From contig OZ223300.1 in assembly GCA_965140705.1 (NCBI GenBank), positions 96,001 to 160,000 on the forward strand: DNA of 64,000 bases, written 5' to 3'. The translations under genes were made by a program, and so were the position numbers. The DNA comes from an uncultured Arcobacter sp. Its GTDB lineage: Bacteria; Campylobacterota; Campylobacteria; Campylobacterales; Arcobacteraceae. This document shows, piece by piece, positions 1 through 9,876 of the stretch; position 1 is the stretch's first letter; every line of letters starts with the position of its first letter. The notes under the pieces are model-generated. The model ran no database searches. It was not told where the DNA came from and worked only from the letters and a program-made list of their open reading frames with translations.

Positions 1-184
1 CATAATCTACTATTAAAAGATGACACTCTTTTGTATTATATATCTCTAATGCTTCTTCTCCATTATGAGCTATAAATACATTCTTAAAATAATATTCCAA
101 AGTCTTTTTGATATTTTCACAAGCTTGAATATTATCATCTACATGTAATACATTTAATTCTTTTAATATATCTAAATTATTCAT
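1..184 (-). CDS. Response regulator receiver protein, N-terminal part (runs off window start)
   Basis: Manual translation from ATG at 184: MNNLDILKELNVLHVDDNIQACENIKKTLEYYFKNVFIAHNGEEALEIYNTKECHLLIVDY; receiver motifs VDD, NGEEAL, LLIVD. Confidence 0.85.
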   Translation of the reverse strand, partial: MNNLDILKELNVLHVDDNIQACENIKKTLEYYFKNVFIAHNGEEALEIYNTKECHLLIVDY

Positions 185-249
185 GGAAAAGATTATATCA
201 TTAATAAAAATAAAAATAGATTCTAAAATTTACAAGTCTTTTACTTTCT

Positions 250-270
250 AATGATTTTGCAATGATTTTG
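250..270 (+). promoter_or_regulatory. Direct repeat AATGATTTTG x2 (11-bp period), probable response-regulator site
   Basis: Identical 10-mers at 250-259 and 261-270 between the divergent regulator and the DUF560-like operon. Confidence 0.5.
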
Positions 271-323
271 AGTTGCTAATATTTAGCTATTAAAAATTAT
301 TTAACAAAAAAGAAGTTTACTAA

Positions 324-1640
324 ATGACAAAAAGAATATTATTTTTAACACTTTTTATAACATCACTACTGTTTTCAAAAGAAACTCTAACCTCATATGA
401 CCAAGCAGTAAAACTATTTAATGAAAAAGATTATGAAAAAGCTTACGAAATATTTCTTTCTTTATCAAAAAATGATTTGGAAAACCAAAATCTAAACTTC
501 TATCTTGGAAGATGTGAATATGAACAAGGAAAATATGATATAGCAATAAGTTATTATGAGAGAATACTTTTTGCTCAACGAAATAATTTAAGAGCTCAAA
601 TAGAAATAGCCCAAAGTAATTTGATGCTTAAAAACTATACTCAAGCAATAAAAGACTTTAATGCTGTTTTAGTAAATGCAGATACTCCAGCTGATGTAAA
701 AAAAAGCATTGAAGAAAGACTTGCATACATAAAACAAACTATGCAAAAAAACTTTATAAGTGGTGCTTTAGTATTTGATTTAAGTTATGATTCAAATGTA
801 AATAACTCAGCAACAGCAGGTAAATACTCAGTCTTTGTACCCCAATTGGGAACTGATTTAACTTTAAATAATGATGGAAAAGAAGAATCAGATTACTATT
901 ATGATGCCATTGCTGTTATAAATCATGTATATAAATATAATGAAAACTTCTCTTTAAATAATAGCCTTGTAGCTTATACCCAAGATTATGATACTAAAAA
1001 AGATAGTAATATTGATGTTATCTCATTTACTTCTACTCCTACTTTTTATGAAGGGGCAAATAAATATGGCACTGGATTTGGAATTGATTATGTTAGATAC
1101 AATGATAAAGACTATTTAAAAAACTATAATCTAATATTTTCAAACTCTCATATTTTTGCACAAACAACTTTAAATGATATTACTTTTAAACTAAGTAAAA
1201 AACTCTATGACCAAGAAGAAGATAAACAAAAAAGTGCCTATGTATTTGATTTAACAAATAGCTTAAAATATAAAACAGAAGACTTTGGACTTTTTACTTT
1301 AGATACTTCATATAGTAAAGAAATAGAAATATATGAACAAAGAACAGATGTAAGTAAAGAATCATTTGAAGTAGGCTTAGAAAATAGTTTAGCTTTACCA
1401 TATAAATTTAATCTAAACACAAATATAAATAGTAAAAAAGTAATCTATAGGGATACAGATGTTAACTTTCTATCTAGAAGAGTTGATAAGATAAATAGTG
1501 TCTCACTTGGAATAAGTAGACCATTAAGAAAAAACTTAATCTTTGCCTTAAAAGGAACAGCTACAAACAATATGTCAAATCAAGCACCCTTTGATTATAG
1601 AAAACAAGTTATTAAATCTTCATTGATTTATACATTTTAA
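324..1640 (+). CDS. TPR + outer-membrane beta-barrel protein (Slam/DUF560-like, type XI secretion-like exporter)
   Basis: Signal peptide, N-terminal TPRs (FYLGRCEYEQGKYDIAISYYERIL), YDSNVN motif at barrel start, alternating beta strands, C-terminal YTF. Confidence 0.75.
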   Translation: MTKRILFLTLFITSLLFSKETLTSYDQAVKLFNEKDYEKAYEIFLSLSKNDLENQNLNFYLGRCEYEQGKYDIAISYYERILFAQRNNLRAQIEIAQSNLMLKNYTQAIKDFNAVLVNADTPADVKKSIEERLAYIKQTMQKNFISGALVFDLSYDSNVNNSATAGKYSVFVPQLGTDLTLNNDGKEESDYYYDAIAVINHVYKYNENFSLNNSLVAYTQDYDTKKDSNIDVISFTSTPTFYEGANKYGTGFGIDYVRYNDKDYLKNYNLIFSNSHIFAQTTLNDITFKLSKKLYDQEEDKQKSAYVFDLTNSLKYKTEDFGLFTLDTSYSKEIEIYEQRTDVSKESFEVGLENSLALPYKFNLNTNINSKKVIYRDTDVNFLSRRVDKINSVSLGISRPLRKNLIFALKGTATNNMSNQAPFDYRKQVIKSSLIYTF

Positions 1641-1649
1641 GGATTTAAC

Positions 1650-3146
1650 ATGAAAAAGATACTTTTATTACTTTTTATACTTATTAGTTTTTCATTTGCT
1701 AGTATTGGACAAATAACAGCTTTAGTTGGTGATGTTAAGATATCTAGGGATTCTAATACTATCCTAGCTAAACTTGGAGAAAAATTAGAAAAGAATGATG
1801 TTATAAATTCTTCAAAAGGTTCTAAAGCTCAAATTACCATGAATGATAATACTATTATTACCATTGGGCAAAATTCTACGTTAAATATCTTTGATTATGT
1901 TTATGATGAGAGTAAACCAAAAGATTCTAAGGCTAGCTTTGGGTTTATGAAAGGCTCTTTTAAATCTATTACTGGAGCAATAGGTAAAATCAATAAAAAA
2001 AGATTTAAACTTAGAACTAAAAGTGCAACTATTGGTATTAGAGGAACTACTATTATTGGAAATCAACAAATTATTATTTGTACTGATGGTGCTATTAGTG
2101 TTACTGCAAATAATTTTACTGTTAATGTTGATAAGCAAGAGTTTACAAGACTTCCACAAGGTAAAGCTCCAACTCCTCCTGAACCTTTAAAACAAGATAC
2201 CTTAGATAGTGTTCAAAAAGGATTAAATGCTGAATCTAGTGATAGTAATACTACAGAGTCTAAAGAAACTAAAGAGAGCACTACTTCTACTAAAAAAGAA
2301 GAAAAAGCAAGTTCTAAGGATGATGAAGGTGGAACTCTTACACCTAGTGGTAATGATGACGGAACTACTCCTAAAAAAAAGGTTACACCTCCTAAAGAAA
2401 ATATTACTACACCTCCTACAGTTTTAGAAGATACACCTCCTGTTAATCCTGAGAAGCCTGATATCCCTTTATCTGGCTTTTCAACACTTGGGTATGTAAT
2501 TGCAGCAAAGTTTGATGGAAATTCTTATTCTCTTCAAACTGGAGAAATAGAGAAAAATGAAAATAACTCTCTGATAATTATAAATAACCAAAATATTACT
2601 GATGCTACCTTTGGTGAACCAAATAAAGGGGACGTCGTAGAATTTGGAGAGTGGTCTTCAAAACAAAATCCTTATGATCAAACATTTTATATTGCAGGTA
2701 TTAAAACTGATACAAGTTATATAAGCAGTTTAATAAATAATACTTCAAAAACTACAAAATCATTTGATAACGCAGGTAATTTAATAACTGGATATATAGT
2801 TGATAATAATACTTTATACAACATTGATATTTTCTTTTCATCTTTTAACTTTTCATTTAATTTTGGTGCAGGGATAAACTCTTTTACAGGGGATATGAAC
2901 ATAAAATATTTTAATAGTAATGATAATACTGATAAGGGGGAATATGCCATAAAGTTTGCTAATGGCAAAATAAACAGTTCAGATTTTTCATCATCAGAAT
3001 TAACTCATGGAAATACCCCTATAAATGGAAGCTTACATGGTTCTTTTTATGGAAGTGGAGCAAACAAAATTGAAGGAAACGTTAACTTTAATGATGAAGT
3101 AAATAATATACAAGGGGCTGTGATATTTGGAGCTGAAGCTAACTAA
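1650..3146 (+). CDS. Secreted FecR-domain protein with P/T/E/K-rich linker and C-terminal TbpB-like beta-barrel, copy 1
   Basis: Sec signal (SFSFA-S), FecR motif TKSATIGIRGT, low-complexity linker, TbpB-barrel-like GSFYGSGANKIEGNVNF. Confidence 0.75.
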   Translation: MKKILLLLFILISFSFASIGQITALVGDVKISRDSNTILAKLGEKLEKNDVINSSKGSKAQITMNDNTIITIGQNSTLNIFDYVYDESKPKDSKASFGFMKGSFKSITGAIGKINKKRFKLRTKSATIGIRGTTIIGNQQIIICTDGAISVTANNFTVNVDKQEFTRLPQGKAPTPPEPLKQDTLDSVQKGLNAESSDSNTTESKETKESTTSTKKEEKASSKDDEGGTLTPSGNDDGTTPKKKVTPPKENITTPPTVLEDTPPVNPEKPDIPLSGFSTLGYVIAAKFDGNSYSLQTGEIEKNENNSLIIINNQNITDATFGEPNKGDVVEFGEWSSKQNPYDQTFYIAGIKTDTSYISSLINNTSKTTKSFDNAGNLITGYIVDNNTLYNIDIFFSSFNFSFNFGAGINSFTGDMNIKYFNSNDNTDKGEYAIKFANGKINSSDFSSSELTHGNTPINGSLHGSFYGSGANKIEGNVNFNDEVNNIQGAVIFGAEAN

Positions 3147-3290
3147 AAGGAGCTAAAGGTATAAAAAAATACCATCGCCACTTTATCATAAACTGGGAAA
3201 GTTACAAACAATATTTCAAATCAAGCACCCTTTGATTATAGAAAACAAGTTATTAAATCTTCATTGATTTATACATTTTAAGGATTTAAC

Positions 3291-4820
3291 ATGAAAAAGA
3301 TACTTTTATTACTTTTTATACTTATTAGTTTTTCATTTGCTAGTATTGGACAAATAACAGCTTTAGTTGGTGATGTTAAGATATCTAGGGATTCTAATAC
3401 TATCCTAGCTAAACTTGGAGAAAAATTAGAAAAGAATGATGTTATAAATTCTTCAAAAGGTTCTAAAGCTCAAATTACCATGAATGATAATACTATTATT
3501 ACCATTGGGCAAAATTCTACGTTAAATATCTTTGATTATGTTTATGATGAGAGTAAACCAAAAGATTCTAAGGCTAGTTTTGGCTTTATGAAAGGCTCTT
3601 TTAAATCTATTACTGGAGCAATAGGTAAAATCAATAAAGAGAGATTTAAACTTAGAACTAAAAGTGCAACTATTGGTATTAGAGGAACTACTATTATTGG
3701 AAATCAACAAATTATTATTTGTACTGATGGTGCTATTAGTGTTACTGCTAATAATTTTACTGTTAATGTTGACAAGCAAGAGTTTACAAGACTTCCACAA
3801 GGTAAAGCTCCAACTCCTCCTGAGCCTTTAAAACAAGACACCTTAGATAATGTTCAAAAAGGATTAAATGCTGAGTCTAGTGATAGTAATACTACAGAAT
3901 CAACAGAAACTAAAGAGAACACTACTTCTACTGAAGAAGAAAAAGCAGGAGCTAAGGATGATAAAGATGGAACTCTTAAACCTAGTGATAAAAATGATGG
4001 AACTACTCCTAAAGAAAATGTTACTACTCCTTCAGAAAATATTACACCTCCTAAAATTTTAGAAGATACACCTCTTCTTAATCCTGATAAACCTGAGATT
4101 AATCCTGATATCCCTACAGAGCATACTAGTTTTTCTGGTTTTTCAACACTCGGATATGTTTCTTTTCTAGCACGCTCTAATGGAACTTTTAGTTCTGCTC
4201 AAACTGCAGAAATAGGGTTTAAGGAAAATAATAGCGTTAATAACTACCTGGTGATTGCAAATAACAAAAATATTACTTTTCCGATTCTCTTTTATACAGG
4301 AGATTTTTACTCTGACTCAGAAGAAGAGAATTTTTTAGGCTTGGGAGAATGGCAACATAATGAGGCTATTCCTCAGTATGATAAAGGATATTGGGTTAAA
4401 GGTCTTAAAACTGATACAAGTTATATAAGCAGTTTAATGAATAATGCTTCAAAGACTACCAAATCATTTACTGGTAGTGGTGGCAAGATTAAAGGAACAA
4501 TATTGGAGAATAATAATTCATACGACATTGCTAGTAATTCATTTATGAACTTTAAATTTGATTTTGGTGCAGGGATAAACTCTTTTACAGGGAGTATGAA
4601 ATTATACTATGGCAATAATCAAGACTATACCATAGGGTTTGCTGATGGCAAAATAAATAGTTCAGGTTATTCATCAAAATTAACTCATGGAGGGGAATCT
4701 ATAAATGGAAGCTTACATGGTTCTTTTTTTGGAAGTGGAATAAAAGGATTTGGAGGAAATGTTAACTTTGATGATGGAGAGATACAAGGGACTGCAGTAT
4801 TTATAGGTGAATTTCAATAA
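3291..4820 (+). CDS. Secreted FecR-domain / TbpB-like barrel protein, copy 2
   Basis: Paralog of 1650-3146: near-identical N-terminal ~200 aa, divergent C-terminus with GSFFGSGIKGFGGNVNF. Confidence 0.75.
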   Translation: MKKILLLLFILISFSFASIGQITALVGDVKISRDSNTILAKLGEKLEKNDVINSSKGSKAQITMNDNTIITIGQNSTLNIFDYVYDESKPKDSKASFGFMKGSFKSITGAIGKINKERFKLRTKSATIGIRGTTIIGNQQIIICTDGAISVTANNFTVNVDKQEFTRLPQGKAPTPPEPLKQDTLDNVQKGLNAESSDSNTTESTETKENTTSTEEEKAGAKDDKDGTLKPSDKNDGTTPKENVTTPSENITPPKILEDTPLLNPDKPEINPDIPTEHTSFSGFSTLGYVSFLARSNGTFSSAQTAEIGFKENNSVNNYLVIANNKNITFPILFYTGDFYSDSEEENFLGLGEWQHNEAIPQYDKGYWVKGLKTDTSYISSLMNNASKTTKSFTGSGGKIKGTILENNNSYDIASNSFMNFKFDFGAGINSFTGSMKLYYGNNQDYTIGFADGKINSSGYSSKLTHGGESINGSLHGSFFGSGIKGFGGNVNFDDGEIQGTAVFIGEFQ

Positions 4821-5032
4821 AAGAAGCTAAAGCTCAAAGACCATCGCCACTTCATCACAAACTGGGGAAGCTATACATCGTATATAAGCAAACCAGATTT
4901 TGTGTTCAGGTATTTTCTCTTTTAATAGAAATATAGTTTTATCTAAAAATCAATATGAATTTTTTTTCATATTCTATTCATAAAGGCGTCATGTAAAAAC
5001 TATACTATTTCCTAAAATAAAAAAGGAAATAT

Positions 5033-6115
5033 GTGTTAAGTATGTCTCTAAAAGCTTTAAAAGCCAATCCTCTAAAAACAACTTTAATATATATAAGTCT
5101 AATATTTTCAATAACATCTATTTTTCTTATTAGCTCTATTTCAAATGGAGTTATCTCTATGTACTCAAATATGCTAAAAAGTGATGGAGATATTATTATC
5201 ACTCAAGCAAAAATCTCTGATACATTTTTTTCAAATGTAAATATAAAACTAATAAAAGAAATCGAAAAATTAAAAGGTGTACAAAAAACTTCAGCGATAA
5301 TTGTAGGAGCTAGTCCAGTTGAAGAGTTACCAATCGTTGCTGTTTATGGAGTCACTCAAAATAGATTTGATAATTACAAATTAACACAAGGTTCTTATCC
5401 AAAACCAAATGAAGTACTTGTGGGAAAATCTATTTATAACTCACTTTCAAATAAAAAAACTGTACAAATAGCCGATAAAAAGTTCCAAGTATCAGGGGTC
5501 TATAAAAGTAAGATTGGCTTTGAAAATGGAGGAGTTGTTTTAAATATATCTGATGCAAGTGCCATTTTTAATAAAAGTGCTTCAATGCTAATGGTAAATA
5601 GTAAAATTAATACAAATATCAAAGACCTTATCTCAAAAATACAAGCACTAAGTTCTGATATAGAAGTAAAATCAACTCAAAACTTTGTAGATAATTATAA
5701 TCAATTTAAAATCATAAAAACCTCATCAAATCTTATAGGTCTTATCTCATTTTGTATGGGATTACTTGGAATCATTAGTATCATGAGTATAACTATAAAT
5801 CAAAGAAAAACAGAGTTTGGTATCAAAAGAGCCATAGGAATTTCAACTAAAAAAATAATCTTGCAAATCATGAGTGAAAGTACTATTTTAGGAGTTTTTA
5901 GTTTTATAAGTGCCTTTTTTATCTCTTGGATTGCCTTATATTTTATAAGAACCTCATCACTATTTCATGGGTATGTAAATGGTGAGATTTCATCTACATT
6001 GGCTGTTTATTTATTTGGCTGTTCTCTTTCAATGGCAATTTTAGGTTCAATCATTCCAGCATTAAATGCTTCAAAAATCGACCCAATCATTTTAATGCAA
6101 GGAGATAAAATATGA
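5033..6115 (+). CDS. ABC transporter permease (MacB/FtsX/LolE-like)
   Basis: One TM, periplasmic domain, three TMs; QRKTEFGIKRAIG and PALNASKIDP motifs. Confidence 0.9.
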   Translation: MLSMSLKALKANPLKTTLIYISLIFSITSIFLISSISNGVISMYSNMLKSDGDIIITQAKISDTFFSNVNIKLIKEIEKLKGVQKTSAIIVGASPVEELPIVAVYGVTQNRFDNYKLTQGSYPKPNEVLVGKSIYNSLSNKKTVQIADKKFQVSGVYKSKIGFENGGVVLNISDASAIFNKSASMLMVNSKINTNIKDLISKIQALSSDIEVKSTQNFVDNYNQFKIIKTSSNLIGLISFCMGLLGIISIMSITINQRKTEFGIKRAIGISTKKIILQIMSESTILGVFSFISAFFISWIALYFIRTSSLFHGYVNGEISSTLAVYLFGCSLSMAILGSIIPALNASKIDPIILMQGDKI

Positions 6116-6738
6116 TTATCCAAGCTTCAAATATAAACCATGATTATAATGGAGATATTGCATTAAAGAATATTCATTTACAAATAAAAAAAGGTGAATT
6201 TATCTCTTTGATTGGAGAAAGTGGAAGTGGAAAGACAACACTTCTTTCGATATTGTCAACACTTCTTAAACCTAGAAGTGGAGAATTAAACTTTGAAGAG
6301 AGTAATTATGCTGATATTACAAATATAGATAAATTTAGACAAAAAAATATCGGTTTTATTTTTCAATTTCATTATTTGATAAATTATCTAAACAACTTTG
6401 AAAATATAAAATTAGCAAATGAAGCTGCCTCAAATCATGAGATAGAGTATCTTTTAGATTTACTTGATATAAAAAATCTAGCTAAAAAATTTCCAAATGA
6501 GATATCAGGAGGTCAGCGACAAAGAGTAGCTATCGCAAGAGCACTTATAAATACTCCTAAAGTACTTTTTGCTGATGAACCAACAGGAAACTTAGATTCT
6601 AAAAATGCAAAAAAAGTTTTTGAGCTTTTTAGAAAACTATCAAAGGAAGGCATGACGATAGTTGTAGCAACACATAATAAAGAGTTAGCAGAAACTGCTG
6701 ATAGAATTTATGAAGTAAAGGATGGACAACTTGCTTAA
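6112..6738 (+). CDS. ABC transporter ATP-binding protein (LolD-like)
   Basis: Walker A GESGSGKT, ISGGQRQRVAIARAL, ADEPTGNLD. Confidence 0.95.
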   Translation: MIIQASNINHDYNGDIALKNIHLQIKKGEFISLIGESGSGKTTLLSILSTLLKPRSGELNFEESNYADITNIDKFRQKNIGFIFQFHYLINYLNNFENIKLANEAASNHEIEYLLDLLDIKNLAKKFPNEISGGQRQRVAIARALINTPKVLFADEPTGNLDSKNAKKVFELFRKLSKEGMTIVVATHNKELAETADRIYEVKDGQLA

Positions 6739-8293
6739 TTTTAACACTTTTGTAAATAGACAATTTAAAATATCACTTATATTTTTATTTTTGGCACTAT
6801 TTTTTGGAATTTTGTATTCTATAAATTTACTTGGGTACTCTATAAACTCAACTACTTTATTACCATCAAATATACGTTCATTACATATTAGTCTTATCCT
6901 TTATGGTTTTGTTCCCTTGATGCTTTCATATTTGCCTTTTTTGATTATAAATAAAGATGGGGTACAAAGTGAAAAAGGCTTACATTACTTAAATCTATAT
7001 ACTATTTTTTGGTATATCTTTTTAGTCTTTATGATTAGTTCACTTCTTTTTGGAAATACAAGGGGTTTGGCTTTTTATGATTTTCCTTATGAATTAAACT
7101 TTATACTTGCTATTGCTGGAATTTTTTATATTATTGCTTTATACAAATATATAAAAGCCTATGAGATTATTCCTTTATGGATAAAGGTGTGTTTATGGGT
7201 AGTAGTTATTGCTCCCTTTGCCCTTTTGATTTTGATGAATCCTGTTATTGGGCAAGTTGAAAGTACAATTTCTGGACCACATGGAGATAATACTTTAGGT
7301 ATGAGTTTAGCCTTGATACCTATATATTATCTTATCATCAAACTTCTAAATGTAGGTACGTTTAAAGCTAGATGGAATATTTTGTGGATTATTCCTACAA
7401 TCTTTTATTTTAGTTCTGTTTTATATAGAACTTTTGTAGGACACTTAACATATGACCAAGAGTGGTTTTTCCAATGGCTAACTTTTCTTTATATCCCTAT
7501 TTTATACAGATGGTACAAAGATGCCCAAATTGAAACTTTTGCTAAAAAGGCTCTTCTTATTTCTATACTTGCATTTTTATTTGTAGATGTTGAGGGAAAT
7601 ATTTTATTTATTCCTGAGTTTAGATGGCTTTTTCATAGAAATGATTTAATCGTAGCACACGCTCATGTTGCTATGGGAATTGGGGTATTTTTCATGGTAA
7701 TTGCTATGTTTGTATCATATGTAAAAGAGCTTAAAAAACTCTCTTTTTATATTTTATACTTAGCTGGTCTTTTGGGTATTTTTACAGTTTTAAGTATCTC
7801 TGGATTTATTGAGGCAAATATTATTCATGGAAATATTGATTTTCTATGGGCTCTTAGAAGTATGTTTGGAGTACTTACTTTTTCATCTTTGTTTACTTTT
7901 ATTTCTTGTAAATTTGAACTTACAAATTTACAAAAGTACAATCTTTTTGGAGTATTAGCAGATGGTCTTGGTGGTGTTTTTTTAATACTACTTGCTAGTT
8001 TTATCTATCCACTTTTAGGATTTTCATTTACAGGAACTTATGAATATGTTGTTTTTGCTTTTGTGAGTACCACAGGGATTATTCACTATTTTGCTCTTAG
8101 ATACAAAGAGCATGAGCAAATACTTACAAAAATAACAGTTATAACAAGAGTAATAATAAGTTCAGTCTTTTTTGCTCTTTTTTATAACAAAACACTAGGA
8201 ATAGAAGCACTTATGATTTCTCTATTTGATGTCACTTTTGCCTCTATTTTTTTACTATTTTTTTTAGAAAGAAGAACTCGTTCTTCTCTTTAG
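6722..8293 (+). CDS. Divergent heme-copper oxidase subunit I-like (cbb3/NorB-like) membrane protein
   Basis: Many TMs; RSLH (helix II His) and HRNDLIVAHAHVAMG (helix X HxH) match the HCO/NOR pattern; helix VII HH pair not intact. Confidence 0.6.
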   Translation: MDNLLNFNTFVNRQFKISLIFLFLALFFGILYSINLLGYSINSTTLLPSNIRSLHISLILYGFVPLMLSYLPFLIINKDGVQSEKGLHYLNLYTIFWYIFLVFMISSLLFGNTRGLAFYDFPYELNFILAIAGIFYIIALYKYIKAYEIIPLWIKVCLWVVVIAPFALLILMNPVIGQVESTISGPHGDNTLGMSLALIPIYYLIIKLLNVGTFKARWNILWIIPTIFYFSSVLYRTFVGHLTYDQEWFFQWLTFLYIPILYRWYKDAQIETFAKKALLISILAFLFVDVEGNILFIPEFRWLFHRNDLIVAHAHVAMGIGVFFMVIAMFVSYVKELKKLSFYILYLAGLLGIFTVLSISGFIEANIIHGNIDFLWALRSMFGVLTFSSLFTFISCKFELTNLQKYNLFGVLADGLGGVFLILLASFIYPLLGFSFTGTYEYVVFAFVSTTGIIHYFALRYKEHEQILTKITVITRVIISSVFFALFYNKTLGIEALMISLFDVTFASIFLLFFLERRTRSSL

Positions 8294-8386
8294 AATTTGT
8301 TTCTTTAGTTGGAATTTATTTCCAACGATAAAAGAAAACCATAATATTAAGGTCCCTTTTAAATGGGACATTTAAAAGGAGAACCT

Positions 8387-9364
8387 ATGCCAAAAATAGC
8401 ACTTACACTTTTCATAGCATTTGAACTTTGTTATTACTTGCTTATTGCACAAACAGGTATTGTTGAGTATTTTTCATCAAATATCTTTTTAATAGCTTTT
8501 TTACCTATGGGGGGAGTTATTGGTTCACTATTAAGTTATTATATAAAAATATCAAATCAACAAAAGATAACTATCTTTTTATGTATGCAGTTGATTTTGA
8601 CATTTTTTTATCCAGACTTTTCAAGTTTTGAACTCTTTTTATTAGGAATTAGTGTTGGAGCTTTGGCACCATTACTTATAAATGAACTAAAAAAAGCAAG
8701 CATTATTGAATTAGGATTTGCTTTATCTATCTCATATGGAGTTGGAACTTTATTATTTAACTATGATGTTTCAAAAAGAGAGTTTATTGGAGTGGCTTTT
8801 ACTTTAATAGCCCTACTTTGTTCAACACAACTTCCAAAATTAAAAGAGATAAAAACAAATAATTCTATTGAATCATACTCTTTGTTTATCATGGTTTTAT
8901 GGATATTTTTAGATTCTGCACTTTTTGAAACCCTATCAAGGGATGTAAGTATTCCTATTTGGAGAGGTGGATATACTTTTGAAATAGTTATATTCCATAT
9001 TTTAGGTGTAATTGCAGCTTTAAAATTCAATATACAAAAACTTGAAAAAGAGTTATTTATAGTGATACTTTTTGCACTTTCTTATCTATTTTATTTCTTG
9101 CAAGAGCCACTTTTATTATCTATTGTTTATCCTTTTGTAATCTCTTATTATAATGTGACTATTTTACAATCACTTCTAAAAAAAGATTTAAAAGTACTAG
9201 CAATTTATATGGTTTTTATAGGATGGATAGCATCTGGAGCTGGCTTATTTATAGCCTTAGAAAATATTATTCTTTTTGTTCCAATTATATTTTTAATCTC
9301 ACTAATAAAAGTTTTAAATTCACAAGATACAATTCAATCAAAGGAGAAAGAATGTTTAAATTAG
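8387..9364 (+). CDS. Polytopic membrane protein, MFS-like
   Basis: About 12 hydrophobic segments in two halves; AAGGAG RBS before ATG 8387. Confidence 0.6.
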   Translation: MPKIALTLFIAFELCYYLLIAQTGIVEYFSSNIFLIAFLPMGGVIGSLLSYYIKISNQQKITIFLCMQLILTFFYPDFSSFELFLLGISVGALAPLLINELKKASIIELGFALSISYGVGTLLFNYDVSKREFIGVAFTLIALLCSTQLPKLKEIKTNNSIESYSLFIMVLWIFLDSALFETLSRDVSIPIWRGGYTFEIVIFHILGVIAALKFNIQKLEKELFIVILFALSYLFYFLQEPLLLSIVYPFVISYYNVTILQSLLKKDLKVLAIYMVFIGWIASGAGLFIALENIILFVPIIFLISLIKVLNSQDTIQSKEKECLN

Positions 9365-9876
9365 TTTTAGTTTTATTGTTTGCATTAATTGCAAATGCCA
9401 ATGAGTTGAAGTTGCTTGATGGCCAAATTCAAGCCCACACAGAAGTTTTTGGAGATAGTACTATTGATCCACAAACAAAAGATATAATAACAAAGGTACA
9501 AAAAGGTGATTCAATAGAATCAATAAGTGGAGAATTTATTATCAACTCTTCTACTCTTACAAGTGATAATAAAGACAGAGATAAACACATGTATGAAGTT
9601 TTGAAATCTTCTGTTAGTCCAAAAATTTCATTTACTATAATAGCAATTGAAAAAGCAGGAGACAAATATAAAATAACAGGTAATTTGAAAATGAATAAAA
9701 TGACCCATCAAATTACAACATTGGCAACTATAACTCAAAATGATAAAATAAACATAAATGGAGATTTTTCAATAAATCTTACAGATTTTGACTTAGAGCC
9801 ACCAACAATGTTTTTTCTAACAGTTAGAAATAAGATAGATATAAAATATAATTTTGACTTTGACAAAGGAATGTAG
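9352..9876 (+). CDS. YceI family periplasmic lipid/polyisoprenoid-binding protein
   Basis: Signal peptide from ATG 9352 (RBS AAGGAG); SDNKDRDKHM, ITGNLKM and INLTDFDL motifs. Confidence 0.85.
   Translation: MFKLVLVLLFALIANANELKLLDGQIQAHTEVFGDSTIDPQTKDIITKVQKGDSIESISGEFIINSSTLTSDNKDRDKHMYEVLKSSVSPKISFTIIAIEKAGDKYKITGNLKMNKMTHQITTLATITQNDKININGDFSINLTDFDLEPPTMFFLTVRNKIDIKYNFDFDKGM

Larger units (their letters stand above)
1562..4875 (+). repeat. Tandem duplication, unit ~1641 bp (1562-3202 and 3203-~4875)
   Basis: 1562-1649 (3' end of the barrel gene plus RBS) recurs at 3203-3290; first ~600 nt of both CDSs nearly identical; downstream ACCATCGCCACTT..AAACTGGG follows both stops. Confidence 0.9.

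Noticed and set aside
1881..4062. Paired alternative-frame ORFs (1881-2159/3522-3800 and 2227-2427/3868-4062)
   Set aside because: Shadows of the duplicated genes; they recur only because the DNA is duplicated
1650..4820. Diversity-generating retroelement or anti-sigma FecR interpretation
   Set aside because: No reverse transcriptase, differences are not adenine-specific and include indels; no ECF sigma factor or cytoplasmic anti-sigma domain
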